This document shows positions 8,201-16,165 of a stretch of DNA of 38,967 bases, one piece after another. The stretch comes from Armatimonadota bacterium (GTDB lineage Bacteria; Armatimonadota; Hebobacteria; CAIYQO01): the NCBI GenBank assembly GCA_038248345.1, contig JBBRXO010000014.1, positions 1-38,967 on the forward strand. The letters run 5' to 3'. Within the stretch, counting starts at the first letter, position 1; every line of letters starts with the position of its first letter. Below the pieces are notes generated by a model. The model saw only the letters and a list, made by a program, of their open reading frames with translations. It had not been told where the DNA came from and searched no databases. A program made the position numbers and the translations under genes.

Positions 8201-9359
8201 TGTCAGTATCGAGCGATGGGAAACATTTGCTATTCATGACCACGCCAGACTGATACAGATAACGCCCCCACTCGGAATATGATTTGACCGGGATTTTATT
8301 GTCAGAGAGCCAGGTTAATAGCCGGTCGAGCTTCTCGAAGTATGTTGCCCAGGAGTTTTTATCCCCCATAACATGACTGCCAATGATGACCACTTTATTG
8401 TCGGAGAGATTATTAGCGATGTCTCTTTTTAGGGACGACAGGTCAGCGTTTTCATCCGTCACCTCGCCCCACTGCATAGCGAATGGTTTCAATCCGTCTG
8501 GATTAGCTTCATTTAATACACGACTGGCCGGATCCGGTTTGACTGCCCCCGATGTATATCCATAGATATCGCCGTAGACTTCTTTTACCATACGTGCTGT
8601 CAGATGCGGGCTATTTTCCGGGGCGATGTAAGTAATAGGTGGTACCAGCCCGTTGCGGGCGCAGATGCGCCTGACGGTATCCACCAGCAGCTTGCGCGCT
8701 TCGATAGTCGGATATATCTCCGTGGTCTCCAACAATAATGCTGGCGCGGAGGTAGCGGTTACCATGTCGGCGGGGAGCTCTTCACTCCAGATAGACAGTA
8801 ATTTGTAGGCGCCGTTTGCTGCGGGGATGAAACGATAGGCCTTGTTCAATTTAGGGAAAAATATGAATTTATCGAGTTTGAACCACCCAGCTTCTGGAGT
8901 TGCGGGGGTGAAGGTCTTACCGGTGATATTCACCAGCCGTTGTTCGCGTGTTGCTGGCGTCTGGGCAATCTGGTATTGCAAGCAGGCGATGGTACTCTTC
9001 AACTGCTTACTGATATGGTCGACCCCCGGCATCTTTTCAATCCAGGTTCGATCTTCTTCACTCGTTACCGTTATCGCCAACGGATTATGATTAGGGGTAT
9101 GATCCATGATATCGAAACCAATGGTCTGTGCCTCTCGCAGCACGTTCATTAATTCCGGTTTGGCCTCGGCATCCAGTAAATTTATCCCGAAGCCGCACGT
9201 CACCTTATGCTTGGCAAAGACAGCCATGCGCTGGCGATAATAATCTGGATCACCGTTATCATCGGTACGAAAAGTAACACCGACATTGGGCGACAAAATA
9301 CTTTGCGCAAATGCCGAGAGTACCAGACAGCAACAAAATAATGCAAAGGATAAACGCAT
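5298..9359 (-). CDS. Large secreted multidomain protein: NodB/CE4-like polysaccharide deacetylase, PPVT linker, discoidin/F5-8-like domain and duplicated beta-sandwich domains
   Basis: Signal peptide MRLSFALFCCCLVLSAFA after AAGGAG, so the start is 9359, not 9506. CE4-like motifs TFRTDD, DHTPNH, YIAP and IGSH. Discoidin-like YIIFDLG...YWN...FSDDGKTF...AKYVKLTI...LSEIRF. Two copies of WTGAH..E.ER...G.F....D.VL.YTFPA. Confidence 0.8.
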   Translation of the reverse strand: MRLSFALFCCCLVLSAFAQSILSPNVGVTFRTDDNGDPDYYRQRMAVFAKHKVTCGFGINLLDAEAKPELMNVLREAQTIGFDIMDHTPNHNPLAITVTSEEDRTWIEKMPGVDHISKQLKSTIACLQYQIAQTPATREQRLVNITGKTFTPATPEAGWFKLDKFIFFPKLNKAYRFIPAANGAYKLLSIWSEELPADMVTATSAPALLLETTEIYPTIEARKLLVDTVRRICARNGLVPPITYIAPENSPHLTARMVKEVYGDIYGYTSGAVKPDPASRVLNEANPDGLKPFAMQWGEVTDENADLSSLKRDIANNLSDNKVVIIGSHVMGDKNSWATYFEKLDRLLTWLSDNKIPVKSYSEWGRYLYQSGVVMNSKCFPSLDTDIDNDMTPDGYTLVNGRLNLADPVLNLPEKHILITDKDGIIFTLQGLGGLPHGNKARVECWIAGTPGTNVQMNIQGATPVVFAVDSEQWKKYSAETVIPASVVTTRVDCNWTKITADSKVSLCGIKLQPLQFERSSSYVPSVSGVPTTPINPPVTPPVTPPVTPPVTPPVTPPVTPPAGGINRYALEIVKPVTATSYASDDRTPWRDADEDDAVNAINNSGLATECNGGDASAGVVWPDHGNNGFGSNTYYSANIGDAAPYIIFDLGGAILLSGVHYWNTNEANMTEFGIKDATLSFSDDGKTFTGEQRVTMLQAPGTETGYLGETMMLATPVTAKYVKLTINSTYHDATATAGAALSEIRFINGNPGMQTATGTVLKGAFVPVQWDANQPAGITSNNGMVTMPLAAADGPAQATDATTYVTTKDIERIPAVIPANSLIAGSWESTTTLIEDVAFMIGPVPAPAGYAINFPVAGGPVTNVLGGIVDMSQIIPTLTGQHKDHPEWCSFQQTAKTEGGTISANLTLNLPPQKTATVHIIWGSWTANNSGGADLTVKDTTNNIIIDSTTNPELNVDPGYNNPAMSRESVFQVGSCKSMTISVKDHGRWNQTKTGSAYLAAIWVVPTPAKNEAGAAVPIATLTNVAPANSNAKVRLTYDIPNAGFTTPNQKMLLTLNLNNEARTISFSSGDISKGGKIPPQYSMYDNTRKYIGNPAPAVDWTGAHTIEVERAVDGNFTFKQDDVLIYTFPALNKNTGAITSLTLSHEFVGKSINVICSTLVEKYNSIQPNTAIRIAIQSGFAPIVWDTTQPAGVAVNNGAVTIPVGATASWTNVAAANKPFKVQFDYTIAPNKGFANETCFIRLWLGKTASRTVGLQAGSAGSGVAPTYLMLDEGIYPSRISVEVKKNWTGAHKLEIERSATGSFIVRLDGVLVYTFPAAFDSVAAVTKLEIFNSLNNSNRPVNITSAVSVE
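7674..7751 (-). repeat. 12-bp coding tandem repeat encoding a (PPVT)6-PP linker
   Basis: Six synonymously diverged 12-bp units, in frame within the large deacetylase-like gene. Confidence 0.95.
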
Positions 9360-9496
9360 ATGCTGACTCTCCTTTCGATAATCGAAACCGGAAAGATGTT
9401 TAAAAAACATCCTAACCACGCGAGAAATTAATGATAAACTCAAGAAGGGCCCTAAAAAAATGCCCAAAAACGACAACCTGTTGATAATATCCGTTA

Positions 9497-9525
9497 AATC
9501 TATCACTCCCCTCTTTAGTTGTCAA
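9497..9525 (-). promoter_or_regulatory. Sigma70-type promoter for the large deacetylase-like gene
   Basis: Minus strand reads TTGACA (9525-9520), 17 bp, TAGATT (9502-9497), with an extended -10 TGn. Confidence 0.7.
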
Positions 9526-9667
9526 TTACTCGCCGATTAAAAACGCATTAAGACTACATGAATGCGGGGGTATAACTATTCTTCTACCTAACGTGAGCTT
9601 CGCCCACAACCCAATACTATTATCTATCCTGTAAGCAATCGTGTTCTGGCATTCTTACCCAATGTTA

Positions 9668-9776
9668 TAATTCACAGGATATAAGGATAGAAAGGATAAT
9701 AGCAATAGTTATTAATTACGCCTGATAATACTTCCCGGCTCTAGTTATCCCTTTTATCCTTCTATCCTGTGAATTA
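9668..9776. repeat. About 110-bp inverted-repeat element whose arms are ~9-bp AGGATA-periodic repeats (MITE-like)
   Basis: Left arm taattcacaggatataaggatagaaaggataa versus reverse complement of the right arm taattcacaggatagaaggataaaagggataa: 14 bp perfect, about 32 bp with 3 mismatches. Confidence 0.8.
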
Positions 9777-9799
9777 AAACGGGAGAGGGTAACCTCTTT

Positions 9800-9856
9800 G
9801 CGATAGCCCGGTATAAATACCGGGGCTATCGTAATACGCCCCATGAATGGGGCTTG
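9800..9856. repeat. REP-like double hairpin
   Basis: cgatagcccggtataaataccggggctatcg followed by gccccatgaatggggc. The CCGGGGCTAT motif also occurs at about 209-219. Confidence 0.7.
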
Positions 9857-10005
9857 TTTACTCTTACGTAGGTTCCATTCATAACGTGCAACTTTTCAAT
9901 GCAACTGGTTAAGAATATAACTGGAATGGGGCTATTGCTATCCGACGCTTTTGCTACTATAGTTATATGATGATCTTAATAATCAAGATCGGTCAGGAGA
10001 ATATC

Positions 10006-13000
10006 ATGTTTCGCTCCATTATATTGTTATGTATCCTCGCGCTCGCACTGTTGCCGCTCTACGCATCCGGCGGGGCATCCGGTGTGCTGGTACTCTATGA
10101 TAAGGATGATGCCAACTCCATTACCGTGGCCAATGCCTACCAGCGCACGCGTGGTATCCCTGATGGCAACATGCTCCCGGTGACCTTCAAAAACGACTAT
10201 AACAACACCACCCTCTGGGAGCTAGTGGATATTATTCATGAGCATATCACTGCACACGGCCTTATCGGCCAATTACAAGCTCTTGCCCTGGTGGGCTTTG
10301 TGCCACTGCAGGGCGGTAAAGTCGGTGCTGGATATACTTATTCTTTAGCCTCCGCACTGTATATGTCACCAAATTTCGACCGAACTAAACCTATTACTGG
10401 AGCTCTGAATACCGCTTATCGCATCCCCCCTGCTAACCCCACCAGCGCACTGAATATGTATACCCCGGTAGACAAGAAAAGCTATTGGCCGGTGAGCTAT
10501 GTAGGGCCGACTGACCGCGCTGCACTGTCGCCCTTGGCCGCCATCCGTGTCATCGAACGCGCGCGTGCCGCCGACGGCAGCAAGCCGGGCGGAGTGATCT
10601 ACTGGCCGCTGAATAGCGACATCCGCAGTACCTGCCGCGAGTGGGAGATAGCCCGCACCTTGCCGGTATGGGATAAGATGGGCATGAAATACTCCATCCT
10701 CGATGGCATCTGGCTGAAAAACCGCGGCGATATCGCTGGCGGCATTGTCGGCATCGCGGTAACCGATGTAACCCAGGGCAACCATTACCTCCCCGGTGCC
10801 TGGGTTGATCACCTGACCAGCTTTGGCGGTGTACTCCATGCCGAGTGGCAGATGCCTTGTAGCGATTTCCTGCAGGGGGGCGCAGACGGCTCGTCGGGAA
10901 CGATGGGGGAGCCGTATGCTATCGCGGGGAAATTCCCGGATGCGCATATCCACACCCACTTGCGCGCCGGCGCTTCGTTGGCGGAGGCCTTCTGGCAGTC
11001 AATTCAGATCCCCTATGAGATCCTTCCGGTGGGTGATCCCATCATGCAACCCTACGCTGATTTTCCGCTTGTCACCGTGACGGCACCCGCCAAAAGCGCG
11101 AAAGTCAACGGAGTTGTGCCAGTAACGGCAACTGCCAAAGCTACCGGAGCACATAAGCTGGAAGCCACGCGTGACTTCTTTATTGATGGCCGTAAAGTAC
11201 ATATCGGTGAGGATACAGAAACTATCAAAGTAACGCGCCAGGGGGATAATTTCCTGCTGGATACCGCCAGTATCTCTGATGGCTGGCACGAGGTGCGCGT
11301 GGTGGCCTACAATGACGATGCGATACGCACACAGGGGGAAGCGATCCTCGGCATCATCGTCACCAACCAGAATCAGTCCGTGAGTATGACCAGCCCCGGG
11401 AAAGTGAATTACTCCGGGATAAACAACTTCACTGTTAAACTGAATAACCTGCCGACGGCGACAGAAGTGAGTTTGCGCGCCAATGGCCGCACGCTGGCCA
11501 CACAAGCTGCTGACGGAATAATCGCAGTACCGGGGGCGCAATTCCCCTTCATGGGCAGCTGCTCGCTTTATGCGGTGGCAAAATTGCCCGATGGCAGCGA
11601 AGTGCGGACTGCACCATTAACAGTGGAGGGGTACTGGCCCCCGCAGGCAGCGACGGTGGCCCCGACTTTGGCGCCGGGCACAATGCGCGTTCGCTATTTC
11701 GCCGACACCACCCCGGCTGCCTTCAAGTGGGAGATACCAACCGCGACGAGTGTGATTGACGCGGTAACACTTCCGAAATTCACTGCTGGACGCGGTAATT
11801 TACCGGGCCTGGCGCCCGATTGGGAGAAGGTGGATTACGCGAAGAAGCCTGCTCTGGAACTCAATACCTGGCTCACCATCCCGGAGAATGGCGTGTACGA
11901 ATTTGATTCTGCAGGGACGCTGATATTAGATGGTATCAATTTAACCCGCGAGCGCAATAGCCTCTACGGGCCAGTTTCGCTGCAGGCCGGTTGGCACCTG
12001 TTGTCGGTGCGTATCACCTTAAATAACAAAGAGTTCTCCTCCGAGTTACTTCTGCGCGGCGGCCCTTTCGGCAAGTTTGTCGATCTGCGGCCATCCTGGT
12101 GCTCCGCTCTGGCCGCCCCCGACGCCCCGCCCGCGCCGGAGGTGAAGATCGCCGGCGTGGGTAAGGCAGAGGCGACCTCCAAAGACCCACTGCCCGCCAA
12201 CACGGTACGTATGGCTTTGGCGGCGACCTCGCCAACAGCGGGCCTTACATACACCTGGTGTGTGGTAAAGGCCCCACCGATAGGGATGAATAATCGGCCG
12301 GATCAACCAGCCGAGGTCGTTTTTAAACCGAATGGCACGCCCGATGCCGTCAACACGGTGGCGACGATCACTGCCGCGGGCAACTACCTGCTGCGAGTGA
12401 AGGCGGATGACGGCAAGTCCTGCGGCTACGCCGATATACCGGTAAAGATACTCCCCGTTGCTACGGCTGTTTCACTTGTCGCCGGCAAGTCGACTACTAT
12501 CGCCCAGGGTTATCCACTTGATTGCTACGCGGCGGTACTCGATCAATTTGGCAGGCGCATGGAGGCGGCGCAACCGGCATTCGTTTGGAGCAGTACTCCC
12601 GGAGGGAATATCGAAAAGCTTTCCAATGAGACCGTCCGTTTCAGCACCGACGCCGAACCCGGAGATGCTGTGATCACTGCCACCAGCGGCACGCATAGCG
12701 GAAAACTCGCAGTCAAGGTGGCGCTAAATCAGCCTCCTGTTTTTGAGAAGGAACTAACGTACAGCTTAATGAATGAGAAGACCTTCAATCTCTCCGTGCA
12801 GGTCAAGGATCCGGAAGACTCCACGGGGCGCTTTACGAAATTCTCCTGGACAATTGATAAACAACCGGATGGCCAGACAGCGCAGATCATTGACGCGGGA
12901 TTGCAACGGACATCTATTAAGCTCTCCGACCCGGGCGATTACGTCGTGCGGCTAGCAGTCACTGACGCGGGTGGCAAAACCACCAGCCGTAGTATAACTA

Positions 13001-13671
13001 TGCACGCCGTCGCCCTGGAAAACGGCAAGCTGTTGTTACCGCCAACTGCTGTGATTAATAATGCCACCGGAACCATCTCATTGTCGACGGGACTGTATGT
13101 CAGCGGTTATCTGGAGGGTGCGAAGTTCAGCTGGGAGACCTGCAAAGATGGCGAAGATACCTGGACGCCCCTCCCAAATGCTGGTTACAACTTCTATAAC
13201 ATCGAAAAATTGGCAGCGAGTGACAACAACCGACTTTTTCGTATGAAAGCCGTCAACGCTGCAGGTGAATGTCTGAGCAATGTCGCCAAAATAACGGTGA
13301 AAGACCCCCAAGGTGGGTTGATCAGCCTCGACCAGACGCGGCAGCTCACTGTACTAGAAACCGGAGAGTCGATCATCGTCACGATACACCGCATGGTACA
13401 TAGCACAGGTTTAGCCTCTATCGACTACAACACAGTTAGTCCTGCTGGTAATACCGCCGCCCAGGAGGGAGTGAACTACCAGAAGATCGAAGGGACGCTA
13501 AGCTGGCCAGATGGCGATGCAACCGACCGCACTGTCACCATACCACTACTAAAAAAAGGCACTGATCACACAGATAAATACCTGCAATTAATCCTGAGCA
13601 ACCCTAAGGGAGATTGTCTGATTGTGAATGGTAACGCCTACATCACCATTAAGGGTGTGGCGCCGAAGTAG
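10006..13671 (+). CDS. Large secreted TIGR03790-like protein with Ig-like/PKD, PA14-like and C-terminal Calx-beta domains
   Basis: Signal peptide after AGGAG (start 10006). N-terminal VLVLYDKDDANSITVANAYQRTRGIP...N and DHLTSFGG, GADGSSGTMGEPYA..GKFP, G.SLAEAF...VGDP match my recollection of TIGR03790. PKD-like LTYTW...G.Y..R..VTD. Calx-beta E......VTIHR......IDY.T....TA..G.NY....GTLSW.DGD. Confidence 0.8.
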   Translation: MFRSIILLCILALALLPLYASGGASGVLVLYDKDDANSITVANAYQRTRGIPDGNMLPVTFKNDYNNTTLWELVDIIHEHITAHGLIGQLQALALVGFVPLQGGKVGAGYTYSLASALYMSPNFDRTKPITGALNTAYRIPPANPTSALNMYTPVDKKSYWPVSYVGPTDRAALSPLAAIRVIERARAADGSKPGGVIYWPLNSDIRSTCREWEIARTLPVWDKMGMKYSILDGIWLKNRGDIAGGIVGIAVTDVTQGNHYLPGAWVDHLTSFGGVLHAEWQMPCSDFLQGGADGSSGTMGEPYAIAGKFPDAHIHTHLRAGASLAEAFWQSIQIPYEILPVGDPIMQPYADFPLVTVTAPAKSAKVNGVVPVTATAKATGAHKLEATRDFFIDGRKVHIGEDTETIKVTRQGDNFLLDTASISDGWHEVRVVAYNDDAIRTQGEAILGIIVTNQNQSVSMTSPGKVNYSGINNFTVKLNNLPTATEVSLRANGRTLATQAADGIIAVPGAQFPFMGSCSLYAVAKLPDGSEVRTAPLTVEGYWPPQAATVAPTLAPGTMRVRYFADTTPAAFKWEIPTATSVIDAVTLPKFTAGRGNLPGLAPDWEKVDYAKKPALELNTWLTIPENGVYEFDSAGTLILDGINLTRERNSLYGPVSLQAGWHLLSVRITLNNKEFSSELLLRGGPFGKFVDLRPSWCSALAAPDAPPAPEVKIAGVGKAEATSKDPLPANTVRMALAATSPTAGLTYTWCVVKAPPIGMNNRPDQPAEVVFKPNGTPDAVNTVATITAAGNYLLRVKADDGKSCGYADIPVKILPVATAVSLVAGKSTTIAQGYPLDCYAAVLDQFGRRMEAAQPAFVWSSTPGGNIEKLSNETVRFSTDAEPGDAVITATSGTHSGKLAVKVALNQPPVFEKELTYSLMNEKTFNLSVQVKDPEDSTGRFTKFSWTIDKQPDGQTAQIIDAGLQRTSIKLSDPGDYVVRLAVTDAGGKTTSRSITMHAVALENGKLLLPPTAVINNATGTISLSTGLYVSGYLEGAKFSWETCKDGEDTWTPLPNAGYNFYNIEKLAASDNNRLFRMKAVNAAGECLSNVAKITVKDPQGGLISLDQTRQLTVLETGESIIVTIHRMVHSTGLASIDYNTVSPAGNTAAQEGVNYQKIEGTLSWPDGDATDRTVTIPLLKKGTDHTDKYLQLILSNPKGDCLIVNGNAYITIKGVAPK

Positions 13672-13725
13672 TCCTGGGAATGGGATATCTAACATATGGG
13701 ATGGTCTCTGCAAAACCCGGTTTTT

Positions 13726-13754
13726 TTGACACTAATCCCCATGCCCCCTATAAT
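13726..13754 (+). promoter_or_regulatory. Consensus sigma70 promoter of dapL
   Basis: TTGACA, 17 bp, TATAAT (perfect consensus), 48 bp upstream of the ATG, with an AGGAG RBS in between. Confidence 0.85.
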
Positions 13755-13802
13755 TAGTACTTATGCTGCATACCGGCATTAATTACAGGAGAATTTTACA
13801 CC

Positions 13803-14981
13803 ATGCAAGTTGCTGATCGTTTATTGAAGACCCCGCCTTACCCGTTTGCCGCGTTGGCCGAATTAAAACGAAAGGCGATTGCCGATGGTGTTGATTTGAT
13901 TGATTTTGGCATCGGCGACCCGGATCAACCGACCCCTTCCTTTGTTGTGGAAGCCATGCAGCAAGCTGTCACCAAACCTCCATATCATCAGTATGACGAA
14001 ACTGGCTATGGGATGCCGGAGCTCCGCACAGCCATCGCCACCTGGTATCAGGCGCGTTTTGGTGTGACGCTCAACCCGAATAATGAGATTCTACGCCTTA
14101 TCGGCTCCAAGGAAGGTATCGCGCACATGGCGTGGGCGGTGCTCAACCCCGGCGATGTGGTGCTGGTGCCTGACCCGGGCTACCCGGTGTACATGGTGAG
14201 CGCGCTCTTCGCTGGCGCCGAGAGCTACTTCATGCCGCTCCGGGCCGAAAATGACTTCACTCCCGATCTTGCTGCGATCCCGGCAGAGGTGGCGCAAAAA
14301 GCGAAGATGATGTGGCTGAACTACCCCAACAACCCCACGGGCGGCACCGCTGACCTGGCCTATCTCGCCGAGGTGGTGGCCTTCGCGAAGCAGTACGATA
14401 TCCTGGTGTGCATGGACATGGCCTATTCGGAAATCTATTATGATGCCACCTATGTGCCGCCCAGCATCCTGCAGGTGCCCGGGGCGATGGATGTGGCGAT
14501 TGAATTCCATAGCTTCTCGAAGCCCTTTAATATGACCGGCTGGCGTCTGGGCTGGGCGTGCGGCAACGTGGATGCACTGGCCATCCTGAACAAGCTGAAG
14601 AGCAACGTCGATAGTGGAGTTTTTCTCGCTGTGCAGGAGGCAGGCGTCGCCGCGCTGCAGACAGACACCACTCAATACTTCGATGACCTGCGCAATATGT
14701 ATCGCCGCCGCCGCGACCTGCTGGTGGAGGGCCTCAATAGCGCCGGTTGGCATGTGCCTGCCCCCAAGGCCTCCTTCTACGTCTGGGCGCCCACCCCCGG
14801 CGGCATGAACTCCGCCGACTGCGCCGCCAAGCTGCTGCAGGAGTGCGGCATCCTGGCCACCCCGGGCAGCGCCTATGGCAAGCAAGGCGAGGGCTACGTC
14901 CGCTTCTCCCTCACCCTGGCTGGCAATAACCAAGAAGCCCGCATAGCCGAAGCGGTGGCGCGGATAAAGGCGAAGTTCTGA
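13803..14981 (+). CDS. dapL: LL-diaminopimelate aminotransferase (PLP-dependent, class I/II)
   Basis: PPYPFA, DFGIGDPDQPTP, LIGSKEGIAH, PDPGYPVY, NYPNNPTG, D.AYSEI, EFHSFSKPFNMTGWRLG (PLP lysine) and KSNVDSG.F..VQ.A are typical of the DapL/DapC group. Confidence 0.82.
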   Translation: MQVADRLLKTPPYPFAALAELKRKAIADGVDLIDFGIGDPDQPTPSFVVEAMQQAVTKPPYHQYDETGYGMPELRTAIATWYQARFGVTLNPNNEILRLIGSKEGIAHMAWAVLNPGDVVLVPDPGYPVYMVSALFAGAESYFMPLRAENDFTPDLAAIPAEVAQKAKMMWLNYPNNPTGGTADLAYLAEVVAFAKQYDILVCMDMAYSEIYYDATYVPPSILQVPGAMDVAIEFHSFSKPFNMTGWRLGWACGNVDALAILNKLKSNVDSGVFLAVQEAGVAALQTDTTQYFDDLRNMYRRRRDLLVEGLNSAGWHVPAPKASFYVWAPTPGGMNSADCAAKLLQECGILATPGSAYGKQGEGYVRFSLTLAGNNQEARIAEAVARIKAKF

Positions 14982-14991
14982 GGAGAATGCC

Positions 14992-15238
14992 CCGTAGCAT
15001 AGGCGTCTCGCCTATGTGAACGGGGCCGCGATTCCTGACACCCTGAAGGAGGTGGCTAACAACGGCAAGCACGCTAAAGCGCGCTATCATTCAATTCAAA
15101 CAAGTCCTCACCAACAAAACTGAATAATTTGGGCCGATAGCGCCCTTCAGGGTGCTTGATCTTATAGCCACGTGCTTTAGCGCGTGGTGAAGGAGCGTGG
15201 CCCCGTTCTTATGGGCAGGCGAGACGCCTGCGTACCCA
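14992..15238. repeat. Nested REPIN-like structure: inverted double-hairpin pair inside an outer inverted REP pair
   Basis: Outer pair: gtagcataggcgtctcgcctatg + gaacggggccgcg, matched by cgtggccccgttc + gcaggcgagacgcctgc. Inner pair: 15035-15088 and its inverted relative 15136-15191. Confidence 0.85.
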
Positions 15239-15284
15239 GGGATTACAGATAAAAACAACAATCATTAAAAATTGCACGAACAAT

Positions 15285-16088
15285 ATGCCCGTGCAGATCT
15301 ACGCCGATGCCGCCGAGTTGGGCCTTGCCCTGGCGGAGGTTATCCTAGCGGGGGTGAAAGATGCGCAAGCGGCGGGCAGGCAGTATCTCCTTGGCTGCCC
15401 AAGTGGCCGTAGCCCCTTGAGCACCTACCTGGCTTTGGGCCGCCTGGCGGGCGCAGCAGGGCAGGATATGTCGCACGTGATAATCGTGATGATGGATGAA
15501 TTTGTGCTGCCTGCCGGTGGTGGTTTCCTCTTATGCTCGCCCACGGCGCACTATAGCTGCACCCGTTTCGGTTATGAGCAGTTGCTCCCAGCAGTTAATA
15601 CTCACCTCGCGTACGAGTGTCAGCTGCAAAGAGAAAGTATCTGGCTGCCTGACCCCGCGGATATCACCTTATACGATGCTAAGATTCGTAACGCGGGTGG
15701 CATAGACCTCTTCATCGTCGCCACCGGTGGCCGCGATGGGCACGTGGCCTTCAACCCACCGGGCAGCGCTGCTGATTCACGTTCGCGCCTGGTGGAGCTG
15801 GCGGAGACCACCCGTTACGATAATATGGGCACCTTCCCCGCTTTTACGGACATCAGCGAAGTGCCGAAATACGGGGTAACGGTCGGGCTGGCCACCATTA
15901 GCGAGCTCTCGCGCCGAGTCGCCTTCATTGCGCATGGGGCAGGGAAGATCGACTCTATCAAACGGATAGTGGTTGCTGGCGCCTTTGATCCCAGCTGGCC
16001 GGCGACCATGATCTATAACTGCACAAATGTCCAGCTGATGCTGGATGAAGTAGCGGCTGAAGGGCTGATATATCCAATAACAACGTAA
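15285..16088 (+). CDS. Glucosamine-6-phosphate deaminase-like protein (NagB/6PGL family)
   Basis: LGCPSGRSP phosphate loop, MDEF, GGIDLF, GRDGHVAFNPPGS, SRLVELAETTR.DN, VPKYGVTVGLATI, G.GK and WPAT. Confidence 0.85.
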   Translation: MPVQIYADAAELGLALAEVILAGVKDAQAAGRQYLLGCPSGRSPLSTYLALGRLAGAAGQDMSHVIIVMMDEFVLPAGGGFLLCSPTAHYSCTRFGYEQLLPAVNTHLAYECQLQRESIWLPDPADITLYDAKIRNAGGIDLFIVATGGRDGHVAFNPPGSAADSRSRLVELAETTRYDNMGTFPAFTDISEVPKYGVTVGLATISELSRRVAFIAHGAGKIDSIKRIVVAGAFDPSWPATMIYNCTNVQLMLDEVAAEGLIYPITT

Positions 16089-16165
16089 AAGACTCGCTAA
16101 ACCTAATTGACATAGTAGCATACCAGCAACTAAATGAGCGGAGGCACACGTATAGGCTAAATTAA

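Noticed and set aside
9360..9506. 49-aa N-terminal extension of the 1402-aa ORF as coding sequence or a separate membrane peptide
   Set aside because: The GTG lies inside the spacer of a good sigma70 promoter, and a proper RBS plus signal peptide begins at 9359.
14091..14933. Long antisense or alternate-frame ORFs (e.g. 14091-14933, 266-892, 31229-32173, 37570-38235, 7627-8253)
   Set aside because: They shadow well-supported genes in GC-rich coding DNA and show no recognisable motifs.
14992..15238. CRISPR array
   Set aside because: The repeats are inverted palindromic doublets, not direct repeats with unique spacers, and there are no cas genes. The same applies to 2834-3050 and 38472-38527.
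16108..16137. Antisense promoter (TTGACA) firing into the EAL-GGDEF gene
   Set aside because: No acceptable -10 hexamer at 16-18 bp spacing.
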